From Octopus vulgaris (lineage: Eukaryota): a stretch of 64,000 bases of DNA. Positions 52,884 to 64,000 of this stretch are shown piece after piece. Under the pieces are notes generated by a model. The model was not told the origin of the DNA. It ran no database searches and saw only the letters and a list, made by a program, of their open reading frames with translations. Numbering within the stretch: the first letter of the stretch is position 1; each line of letters opens with the position of its first letter. The stretch covers positions 17,546,001-17,610,000 of the forward strand of contig OX597837.1 of NCBI GenBank assembly GCA_951406725.2, read 5' to 3'. The position numbers were made by a program, and so were the translations under genes.

Positions 52884-53340
52884 GAAAAAATTACCAAACT
52901 GGGACAAGAACGTGAAACATTTAGAAGACGACACATCATGGCACTTCGTCGGTTACAATGAGGTTACCAGTTGATCCGATCAAAGGAACAGCCTGCTCGT
53001 GAAATTAACATACAAGTAGCTGAGCACTCTACAGACACGTGTACCCTTAATGTAGTTCTCTGGGAGATTCAGCGTGACACAGAGTGTAATAAGGCTGGCC
53101 CTTTGAAATACAAGTACAACAAAAACAGGAAGAAAGAGTGACAGAAATTTATGGTGAAAGAATATAGCAAGGTTCATCACCACACCCTGCTGGAGCCTCA
53201 TGGAGCTTTAGGTGTTTTTGCCCAATAAACAATCACAGCACCCAGTTGGGAGTCGAAATTATGATCGAAATCATCATTACCCCAAGTCCACTGCCCTAAC
53301 CACTGGGCTATTGTGCCTCTATACACACACACACACACAC

Positions 53341-53390
<50 letters not shown>

Positions 53391-53519
53391 CGGGAAGCTT
53401 TATGAAAATAAACAAAAGACGAAGGCAGGTGGAATACAAACAAACAATTGTATTACTATGGCGCTCAGGAATAGAAATAGAAAAAGTCATTTATGTTTCG
53501 AGCCTACGCTCTTCGACAC

Positions 53520-53616
<97 letters not shown>

Positions 53617-53677
53617 TATATACATATATATATATAATATATATATATACATATATATATACATATACATATATATA

Positions 53678-53710
<33 letters not shown>

Positions 53711-53712
53711 CA

Positions 53713-53748
<36 letters not shown>

Positions 53749-53752
<4 letters not shown>

Positions 53753-56700
53753 TGATTGATTGATTGATTGATTCTAGTTTCAGCTTATGAGCTGTGGCCA
53801 TGCTGGGGCACCGCCATTTGGTGTTGCTACTTGGTTTCACTTCATGGAGGCTTTCTAGCAACTGCTATTTGGTGCATGAGAGAGTTCGATGCAGCTGCCC
53901 TCATCTGCCCCTCCTGCCGTGAAGTTGGTTCATCTGGGACACCTGACAGGAAGAGATCCAGCTTCATTTTAAAGACATCTGTATCCACCCCATGCAGGTC
54001 TCTCAGGTTCTTTGGGAGGATATTGAAGAGCTGTGGGCCTCGGAAGCCCAGGCTATCACAGAATCTTGTCCTACATCTTGATGGCAGGTTTGGAGTCCTA
54101 GGCTCCACGCAGTGGCGCCCAGTTCTGGCATTTGCGTAACTCTCGATGCCAAAGTTCAGGACACTTCCCTCCAGGATCTTCCAGATGTATATTATGGCAT
54201 ATCTTTCCCGCCTACGCTCCAGGGAATATAATTTTAATCTCTTGAGTCTTTCCCAGTAGCTTACATTCTGCATAGAGGCTATCTTCTTTGTGTAGCTTTG
54301 TTGGATCGCCTCAAGTTCTGTGATCAACTTGACACTGGATGGTGACCATAGCTGAGAGCAATAGTCAAAGTGGCTTAGGACAAGTGTCTTCCAGAGGACC
54401 ATCATGGTTTCTTGTTCTCTTGTTCTAAAGGTTCTAAGAATCCATCCAGCCAGCCGTCTACATTTCATTGTCAGTTTAGCAACATGTACATGAAAGGTCG
54501 CGTCATCACTCATGTGAATACCCAGGTCACGCACTGATTGTGCCTCTGGGATTGCAATCCCTCCGGGTCCAGTGTATTCATTGGGTATTGCATTCAGTTT
54601 TGCATGCTGATAGTATAAAGCTTGAAACTTTCCAGCATTGAACTGCATGCTATTCTTTTCAGCCCACTTGTATATTTCGTCCAGCTCACATTGCAGGTGT
54701 TTAGTGTCCTCAGGGTTCTGTATTGCCTGTGAAACTTTTGTATCATCTGCATAACTTGTGATCGTGGCTCTCTGCGTGGCTGAGGGCATGTCTGAGAGGG
54801 CCATTATGAACAGTAGTGGTCCCAGAACAGTGCCCTGGGGAACACCGCTCACTATTTGTGTGTTAATGGAGGTGGCCCCATTGGCTACTACCACCTGACT
54901 TCTATCCTTCAGAAAGTCATGAAGCCATTCTCCCAGTTTTCCAACTATGTTGAGATCACGCAGTTTGTGACATATCATTCCATGATCGACTTTATCAAAG
55001 GCCTTTGCAAAGTCGAGATATATCACTTCCACATTTGAGTGGTTGAGCAGCCGTTTCAGCACCCAGTCATAGTGTTGTAGGAGCTGAGTTAAACAGCTTC
55101 TCCCTGGTCGGAAACCATGTTGGGTGTCGGGCAGCAAGTCATTCTCTTCAAGGAAGGTGATCAGCTTCCTTCTGACTATTCGTTCCATGACCTTGCTGAT
55201 GTGTGAGGTCAGAGAGATAAGTCTATAGTTCTTGGCTTCCGCTCTGCTACCTCCTTTATGAATGGGGCATATTTTACCTTCCTTCAGTTTTCCTGGAAGT
55301 TTGCCAGCTGCAAGGAAGCTCTGAAAGAGGAACTGCAGTGGTCTTGCTAGGACTCTCTTACATGCTTTTAGGAGGATTGACGGGAATCCATCGGGGCCAG
55401 TAGCTGAGTCTGTTTTCATTTCATCTATAGCCTTGGTTACATCGTCTTCCTTTATATCGATGTAATCTATCGTCGCCGCCTCTGATTTTATATCTGCAGT
55501 GGTAAAAAAGTCAGTTGGATTGGTGATTTGGAGATGCCCAAGGGGTGGAGTGAAAACACTCTTGAATTGCTCATTCAGTATTTCACTTACCCTCATTGGT
55601 TTTCCTGTAAGTGTGCCATCCTTTTCGAGGAGTGGCCCTATTCTACAGTGCACTGTAGCTCTTTCTTTGGCATACCTGTAGAAAGCTCTGGGGTTAGATT
55701 TTTTGTTTTCTATAGCCCAGGCATCTTTGTCTGCTCTTTCTTTTTCATGGGAGAGTTGCAGACATTTTTCGATTTCCAACAGTTTTATTTTTAGGCGGGA
55801 CTTTTCACTGCTTTCAATCTGTTTGTTTAGGCGATTTGAAAATTTCGTACGCCGTCTCATTAAAATTTTCCTCTCTCTGGGGATTTTGTTCTTGTGTACA
55901 GTGGCCTTTCTCTCTGGGACACATTTGTAGCATATGGCTTGCATTACAGACATGAATTGTTGAAGTTTCACGTCGATGTCTGGCGAGGAGAGACATTCAG
56001 GCCAGTTTTGTTTGAGGATCTCTTTCTCAATTTGTTTCCAGTTTGCCTTATGGTAGTTCAAGCTGGAAAGATTTTGAGGGTTTCTTGTAGGCTGCATGTC
56101 CGTGCTCTCTTTTGGCCCGTACATGGTCAGCTCTATCATGTTGTGATCCGAGAGTAGTGTCGGTGTCACTTTCACATTATGGATGAGATCCATGTCATTT
56201 GTGAAGCAGAGATCCAGTGTGTTACCTGCCCTGGTTGGTTGGAGTATTACCTGCTCCATGTACAGGGTGTTGATGAGGTTCAGGAGGGACCTCGCCTGTC
56301 CTCGTTCACATCTTGTCATTCCTGGGAGAGAAAGGCCCTCGGGCCATCTGACATTGGGCAGATTGAAGTCTCCCATAAGAAGCACACCTATGTGTTGTTC
56401 TAATGTGGTTAGAATTTCTTCTATTTTTATAAGGCAGTCTTCAAACTTGCCCACATGGCTTGGGGCATCTGGAGGGCGATATGTAGCACACACAACTACA
56501 TCAAGTTGCCTAATATGTACAATTAGTGTGTCACACACCGAGTTTGAGTATGACAAGAGGACCTGGGGTGTGAGGTCCTCACGGATGTACATAGCAACAC
56601 CTCCATGACTCCTTTCTTTCCTGTCGGTCCGTAGTACAGCATACTGTGGTATGTGTAACTCCGCATCTGCTATGTCCGGTTTCAGGTGCGTTTCTGTAAG

Positions 56701-56878
56701 TGCTATGCATAAGGCTTGATTGCATGCAACAAAGTCTCTCAGGAACGGGATCTTTGTCCTGTTACTGAGTGTTTGCAGTCCTCTGATGTTCAGTAGGAGT
56801 ATCGTAGGTGAGGTGTACGTTGTTGCCGGCGGTGTCCATCCTGTGTCTGTTTGCTGTGGTGGTCTGGTATATAGTGGT
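53749..56878 (-). mobile_element. CR1-group LINE, 5'-truncated near the ORF2 start, (ATCA)n tail, embedded in (TA)n
   Basis: Open ORF2 plus short 3' UTR ending ctgaaactagaatcaatcaatca. Confidence 0.93.
53842..56878 (-). CDS. LINE ORF2: APE endonuclease + reverse transcriptase (~1010 codons, open)
   Basis: LNIRGL, LTETHL, YRPP, GDFNLP, TLDLCF, SDHNMI; [43 protein letters not shown]. Confidence 0.92.
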
Positions 56879-56879
56879 A

Positions 56880-58353
<1,474 letters not shown>

Positions 58354-58389
58354 ATCAAAATAAAATAAAAACATGATGCGAAGGATTCA

Positions 58390-58467
58390 GCGGTACATAT
58401 GTTTCGGGCCTTTATTAGACAGATTTATAACAATGCATAATGTATGTCTGTGGCCTTCTTCAGCCGC
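58390..58467 (-). ncRNA. Type I hammerhead ribozyme motif
   Basis: GCGG-CUGAAGA-A-GGCC...GGCC-C-GAAAC-AUAU-GUA^CCGC: stem I GCGG/CCGC, conserved core, palindromic stem III ACAUAUGU. Confidence 0.82.
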
Positions 58468-60391
58468 GCACAACAGCTTCCGCAAGGACATGTGTTACAT
58501 CAAAAATTCTTGGTTGGGGATGCAAATCCTCTCATCCACGTACGACATAATGCGGCAGCAGCATAGAATTGAAGCGTCCATCTCTTTCTTCTCTCAATGT
58601 AGAATGAGGAAAATTGGATGTTGAGGTAATGTAAATAAATAAATACATATATAGAGGTGAAGATGGAGGGGCGAGAGTTCGGGACGAGGGATAAAAAATG
58701 TATAAAAAGTGTAAGTATAGAATAATATAAAAATGTAGAGGATAAAGAGTTGTAAGGAGATGTAAAGGGGGTATAAAGAAATATAAAGAAATGTAAATAA
58801 ATGTAAAGGCATAAGGTTATAAAGTAAAAATAGAAATAGAAATAAAAATAAAAATAAATAGAAATAAAAGTAAAAAAAATCTGATAAAACCATGATAAAA
58901 GTGTAAAAGAATGTAAAGATAAGGGATGTATAGAGGTTACGGACCAAGCATGGTGGTCAGGAGATTGATAAAATTTAGTTGTAGAATTGTCAGTAAATCA
59001 ACAGTAAATCAACAGTTTCGTCTGGGGACTTAATGCGTTGTAAATCAGAGCTGATGAGCATTTAATCTGGTTCCTTGAATTAAATGGACTTCTGGTACAT
59101 ACATATCATCATGGATACATACACCCACATACACGCGTACATATACGCCTCCAAGCATATAAGCATACACACGCACTCGCGTTTAAACACGTCCATAAAC
59201 ACACACGCACTCACACGCACGCGCGCACACACACATACATACAACAGAATATCCGCATATATACACGGACGTTACGCGCGTACACGCTCACATGTATATA
59301 CGCGCGCCCATCACTACATACACACATGTATATGCCCACGCCTCTAGGTCCGGGTATAAGATATTAAAGGATGTGTATAAGAACGTAAGTAAAGAATCCC
59401 GTACTCATGTCAATACGCGCACGCACACACGGCTGTGTGTCCGTATGTGCGTGCACATATACACCCACACACACACACAGAGAGACACACGCGCACATGG
59501 GTATAGCTATAAGATATTGAAGTATGCATGTACATAAATGCGCGTGCATATGTATGTATGCGTGTACACACGTACGCGGACGCTCGTATATTCAAAAGAT
59601 GGATCCATAGGTAAGTAAATAAACATATATAGAGGTGTAAAGCGATAAGTTAGGGGTAAGAATGAGGGTAAGGGTAAAGATTATAAATAAAAAATACAGT
59701 ATAAAATAAGAAATACAATGTAATAGTTAGAAATGAGGTATAAGAATTATAAAAATTATAAGAGTTAAGGTAAGGGATGAAAATGAAAATGAGAATAAAT
59801 GGAAGTAGAATAAAAGCAAAAATGAAATTAAAAATAAAAATAAATGGAAGTAGGATAAAAGTAAAAATAAAAGTAAAACTAAAAATAAAATAAAATAAGA
59901 TAAAAATATAATTTTGTAAAGTTTAACATGAGATGGAGGTGGTTGAAAGTTAGAGGTGTGTGTTAAACGTAGGGGCGGGCGGGGGGAACTGAAAATTGGA
60001 AGGGTGGGAAGTGGAGTTTGGCGGTGTGCGTTCAACATCTGAGTTAGAAATGTGAAAGGGTATAGATATAGGGAATTAAAGAGACTACATAGGGAGGATA
60101 TGGGTGTAGGAGAAGAAATATTTAGGGAAAAGAAGTCATATATGGGAGACAAAATTTGTATATATATAGGGGGAAAATACAGGGAACCGTATATGCACAT
60201 ACACACACCCACACACACACACGCACATGCGTATATATATGTATATGTACACATACGTACACGTATGTGCATATACATACGCACACACACACACACACAC
60301 ATACACACGCACATATAGGAAAGCGGGGTGTGCTGGAGCCGACATGTTGCACCGGGTGGGAGGAAATTGCATGGGGGAGTTGGTATAAGAC

Positions 60392-62620
60392 CTAAGCATT
60401 GTAGTATTTGAAAGTATTAATAAGTTTATGTATACAGGATGGTTTGAACTCTGACCTTTTGTTAATAAGATTGTGTTTGTCTTTGAATTTCAAGATGTTC
60501 AGGAGTTCTACACAGCATAGTTGGCATCCTGCTCTATTATTTAAATAAGGTGCAGCTGATCCGATGATGGACCATCTGAGTTTGAAGCCTATGCATTTGT
60601 CTTTTAATTCCCAAATTCTTTTAGAGAGGGAGGTGCTGTTAGCCTTATGTCTGTGTCTCAGCGAGGACCGGTGGTTGTAGTATCTGGATTTCCAGGAGGT
60701 TGAGCAACCAATATAGGTGAGTGTGTTAAACTGAGTACTCACCTCACATGAGTATATTACGTTTTTCGCCCTACATGCGCCCTGCAGCGGGCACTCTGAT
60801 GCACATCTGCAGTTGCATTGCATTGCATTATTCGGTCGTGTGCTGCTAATCCCAGGCGGAGGTGTTGCAATACGAGTGGGGGCGTTGGTATCCTCCTGGT
60901 TGTTGATGGGTGTAGTATTTCCTCTGTTGTGTTGGCGGGTGTTATTACTAACTGTTTGGGTAGTATGGCTGTCAGTCTGGTTATATTGTCTACTGTCTAG
61001 ATGAGGGGGGTTCTGTTGGTCGCTATGGTTTGCTCTTGATCTAGCTGTTCTAATATTAATATAGTTATGTTTAGCTATGAGGCAGCTCATGTTGGGCAGG
61101 GTAGAGTAGGAAATCCTAATAGTTTTGTTGGAGAAGATACTTCTATACTTGTGGGTGGGTGGGAAGTTGCTGGAAATTATAGAGAATATTCTCTTACATA
61201 ACTTACCCCTAACTGCTAAGTTGAAAGGTATGTTGAACCATATATATTTGCGTAATCTACTATTATCCCTTCTATTTCTCCTAATAGGATCTATATTGTT
61301 CTCGTCGGGAGGGTTACTATTGTGTGCTGTTCTATTAGTTCGCCTATTTCCTATACGTTGTTTGGAGTTTAAATTAGAATTATCGCTAGTGTGAGTTGAG
61401 TGCTGAGTTCGATTATAATTGGGAGTCTTATGGCCGACGGACGTTCCCGGGTGGTCTACATATGATATTCTCTGGTTATACCCGGCACTGTAGAGAGCCT
61501 GGTTGTAGTGTTGTGCATGATTATTGAAAATTTCTCTATTAGAGGATAGTTTTGTCAGTCTGTCTGAGATGGCTTGGACCGTGGTGCTAATTATACAGGG
61601 TGGATGGTTGGAAGAGGTATGGATGTATTTGGTAGTTTCTTCTGGTTTCCTATACGGGTAGTGAAGGTGCTTATTCAAATCTAACGTAACATCTAAGAAG
61701 TTTACTATTTTAGTGTTGGTCATAAATTCTAGTTTAAGATTGAAGGATTTGAAAAAAAGCCTGATCTTTTTCCTAATTCTTTCTAGTTTACTCCTATTGT
61801 TGGTGGGGTATATGAAGAGAGCGTCGTCTCTGTATAGACCCCCCTGAAGATCCGGTACCTCGGAGAAAAGCTTCTTGAGCAGGTAGGCCCCGACCAAGTC
61901 AGTCACCTGAGCTGAATCGCTCGAGCCCATAGCCACATCGAAATTGTCGGGGGTATCGGATCTGGTCCAGAGTCTACCGTCGAATTCTATTATGGTTTTT
62001 CTAGCTAATAGAATTATGTCAATTTTTTCTCTGTCTATGAGTGAAAGGTTGCGGGCAAAAATAAGGGATTTGTTAAGTAAGATGGGGGATATACTGGCGT
62101 AGTAGCTAGCTATGTCGAATTGGATGAATGAGTAGTCGGGCCTATTGGTGATAGTGTTAAACCATTCTAGCACATCGTTGGTGTTAATCCATAGTTGGAG
62201 TGGGATGTGGGGTTTGATGTGTGGGATCACCTTGTCCAGGATGGTCTTGCTAAGTCTGCCGATATCCGATTTAGTCGGACAGATTAATCGTACTCCTACA
62301 CTATCTGGGAAGTCTTTCTTATGGTCTTTAATAGTAATTTTGGGTACTTGTGGTTTAATAGGTTCTGTTCTGTCCAGGAGGTCTAATTTGCTCATAACTT
62401 CCTTGATTTTGTAGTTAATTTCCTTAAGGTTATCCGTAGAAGTAGTTTTATACTTTTTGCTAAGTTCCCTCATGATGAGCGATTTGTAGGTTTGGTAGTC
62501 TAGCCTATACCAGTTCCCAGTCTTGTCGGCGGGTATGATAAGACTATCATCGTTCCTAAGTGAATGCAGGAAATCCTTAAGGCTCCTTAAGTGGGTGTTG
62601 GAAATGGTCTTATGTTTACT
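60392..62620 (-). CDS. Penelope-like RT + C-terminal GIY-YIG endonuclease (open, N-terminally truncated)
   Basis: PADKTGN, FDIASYY, MGSSDSAQVTDLVG, GLYRDD, NFLDV, SNHPP; CNCRCASECPLQGAC..NVIY..TYIG. Confidence 0.92.
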   Translation of the reverse strand, partial: SKHKTISNTHLRSLKDFLHSLRNDDSLIIPADKTGNWYRLDYQTYKSLIMRELSKKYKTTSTDNLKEINYKIKEVMSKLDLLDRTEPIKPQVPKITIKDHKKDFPDSVGVRLICPTKSDIGRLSKTILDKVIPHIKPHIPLQLWINTNDVLEWFNTITNRPDYSFIQFDIASYYASISPILLNKSLIFARNLSLIDREKIDIILLARKTIIEFDGRLWTRSDTPDNFDVAMGSSDSAQVTDLVGAYLLKKLFSEVPDLQGGLYRDDALFIYPTNNRSKLERIRKKIRLFFKSFNLKLEFMTNTKIVNFLDVTLDLNKHLHYPYRKPEETTKYIHTSSNHPPCIISTTVQAISDRLTKLSSNREIFNNHAQHYNQALYSAGYNQRISYVDHPGTSVGHKTPNYNRTQHSTHTSDNSNLNSKQRIGNRRTNRTAHNSNPPDENNIDPIRRNRRDNSRLRKYIWFNIPFNLAVRGKLCKRIFSIISSNFPPTHKYRSIFSNKTIRISYSTLPNMSCLIAKHNYINIRTARSRANHSDQQNPPHLDSRQYNQTDSHTTQTVSNNTRQHNRGNTTPINNQEDTNAPTRIATPPPGISSTRPNNAMQCNCRCASECPLQGACRAKNVIYSCEVSTQFNTLTYIGCSTSWKSRYYNHRSSLRHRHKANSTSLSKRIWELKDKCIGFKLRWSIIGSAAPYLNNRAGCQLCCVELLNILKFKDKHNLINKRSEFKPSCIHKLINTFKYYNA

Positions 62621-62696
62621 ATATATATATATATACATACATATACATATATATATACATATATATATACATACATATATATATATATATATATAC

Positions 62697-63912
62697 ATCA
62701 TCATCATCATCATCATTTAACGTCCGCTTTCCATGCTAGCATGGGTTGGACGGTACAACTGGGGTCTGGGGAGCCCGAAAGCTGCACCAGTCCAGTCAGA
62801 TCTGGCAGTGTTTCTACAGCTGGATGCCCTTCCTAACGCCAACCACTCCGAGAGTGTAGTGGGTGATTCTATGTGCCACCGACACAGGTGCCAGACGAGG
62901 CTGGCAAACGGCCACGCTCGGATGGTGTTTTTTATGTGCCACCGACACAGGTGCCAGACGAGGCTGGCAGACGGCCACGCTCGGATGGTGTTTTTATGTG
63001 CCACCGACACAGGTGCCAGATGAGGCTGGCAAACGGCCACGATCGGATGGTGTTTGTTACGTGCCCACAGCACGGAGGCCAGTCGATGCAGTACTGGCTA
63101 CGGCCACGTTCGGATGGTTTTCTTGTGTGCCACGTGCCACCGGCACTGGTACCACAAAGATACAAATTCCATTGATGTTCATCTATTTTGATTTGTTTTG
63201 ATTTGTTTTGATGGTGTTTTGATTTGATTTGATTTGATTTGTTTTGATTTCATTTTGATTTTCACTTGCCTCAACAGGCCTTCACAAGTATCACAAGGAG
63301 GAAGGTATGCACAGGTGGACTGACTACGTCCCAGGTAAGGGCCATGGGATATGGCCTGACTAGTCTTGCCGGGTCTTCGGATGGTGTTTTTATGTGCCAC
63401 CGACACAGGTGCTAGATGAGGCTGGCGAACGGCCACGATCGGATGGTGTTTGTTATGTGCCCACAGCACGATGGCCAGTCGATGCAGTACTGACTACGGC
63501 CACGTTCGGATGGATTTCTTGTGTGCCACAGGCACTGGTTCCACAAAGATACAAATTCCATTGATGTTCATCTATTTTGATTTGATTTGATTTTGATTTG
63601 ATTTTCACTTGCCTCAACAGGTCTTCACAAGTGTCACAAGAAGGAAGGTATGCACAGGTGGACTGACTAGTCTTGCCGGGTCTTCAGAAGGTGTTTTTAT
63701 GTGCCACCGACACAGGTGCCAGATGAGGCTGGCGAACGGCCATCATCGGATGGTGTTTGTTACGTGCCCACAGCACGGAGGCCGGTCGATGCGGAACTGG
63801 CTACGGCCACGTTCGGATGGTTTTCTTGTGTGCCACCGGCACTGGTACCACAAAGATACAGATTCCATTGATGTTCATCTATTTTGATTTGTTTTGATTT
63901 GATTTGATTTTC
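62697..63912 (-). mobile_element. Reiterated RTE 3'-UTR modules (non-coding, 5'-truncated)
   Basis: (CAT)n tail at 62697, then three tandem blocks of the 63-bp unit / cacaaagatacaaattccattgatg / (GATTT)n module found at 49190-49830. Confidence 0.88.
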
Positions 63913-63942
63913 ATATATATATATACATATATACATACATAC

Positions 63943-64000
<58 letters not shown>

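Larger units (their letters stand above)
58352..62620 (-). mobile_element. Naiad-type Penelope-like retroelement, 5'-truncated, with ~2-kb 3' region ending near a hammerhead
   Basis: Open RT + GIY-YIG ORF and downstream hammerhead in the same orientation; (TA)n on both flanks. Confidence 0.9.

Noticed and set aside
59040-59075. CTGATGAG at ~59051 as another hammerhead
   Set aside because: No downstream stem II-GAAA or closing stem I could be built

Overview
AT-rich, repeat-dominated eukaryotic genomic DNA. The SINE/LINE families and microsatellite load suggest a coleoid cephalopod, probably Octopus; this is an inference, not a database result. Two host genes sit head-to-head around a promoter near 20.5 kb. 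On the minus strand is a Kelch-repeat gene resembling KLHDC9, with one coding exon at 13542-14525. On the plus strand is epsilon-tubulin TUBE1, with coding exon 1 at 20812-20836 and exon 2 at 42014-42087; exon 3 was not found in the window. Almost everything else is transposon-derived: an RT-less Gypsy LTR element with intact LTRs, PBS, PPT and TSD; several RTE LINEs (one with a ~930-codon open ORF carrying a PHD-type finger inside the RT); a CR1-group LINE with open ORF2; Penelope-like elements including a Naiad-type copy with open RT+GIY-YIG; tRNA SINEs; and Tc1/mariner, Tigger, Merlin-like and Helitron-type remnants. The most notable signals are (i) hammerhead ribozyme motifs, including an intact one in the Penelope 3' terminal region with a covarying second copy, and a tRNA-headed SINE carrying a minimal hammerhead, and (ii) a braided mosaic of 17-110 nt segments, each present twice, at 17.2-20.3 kb.
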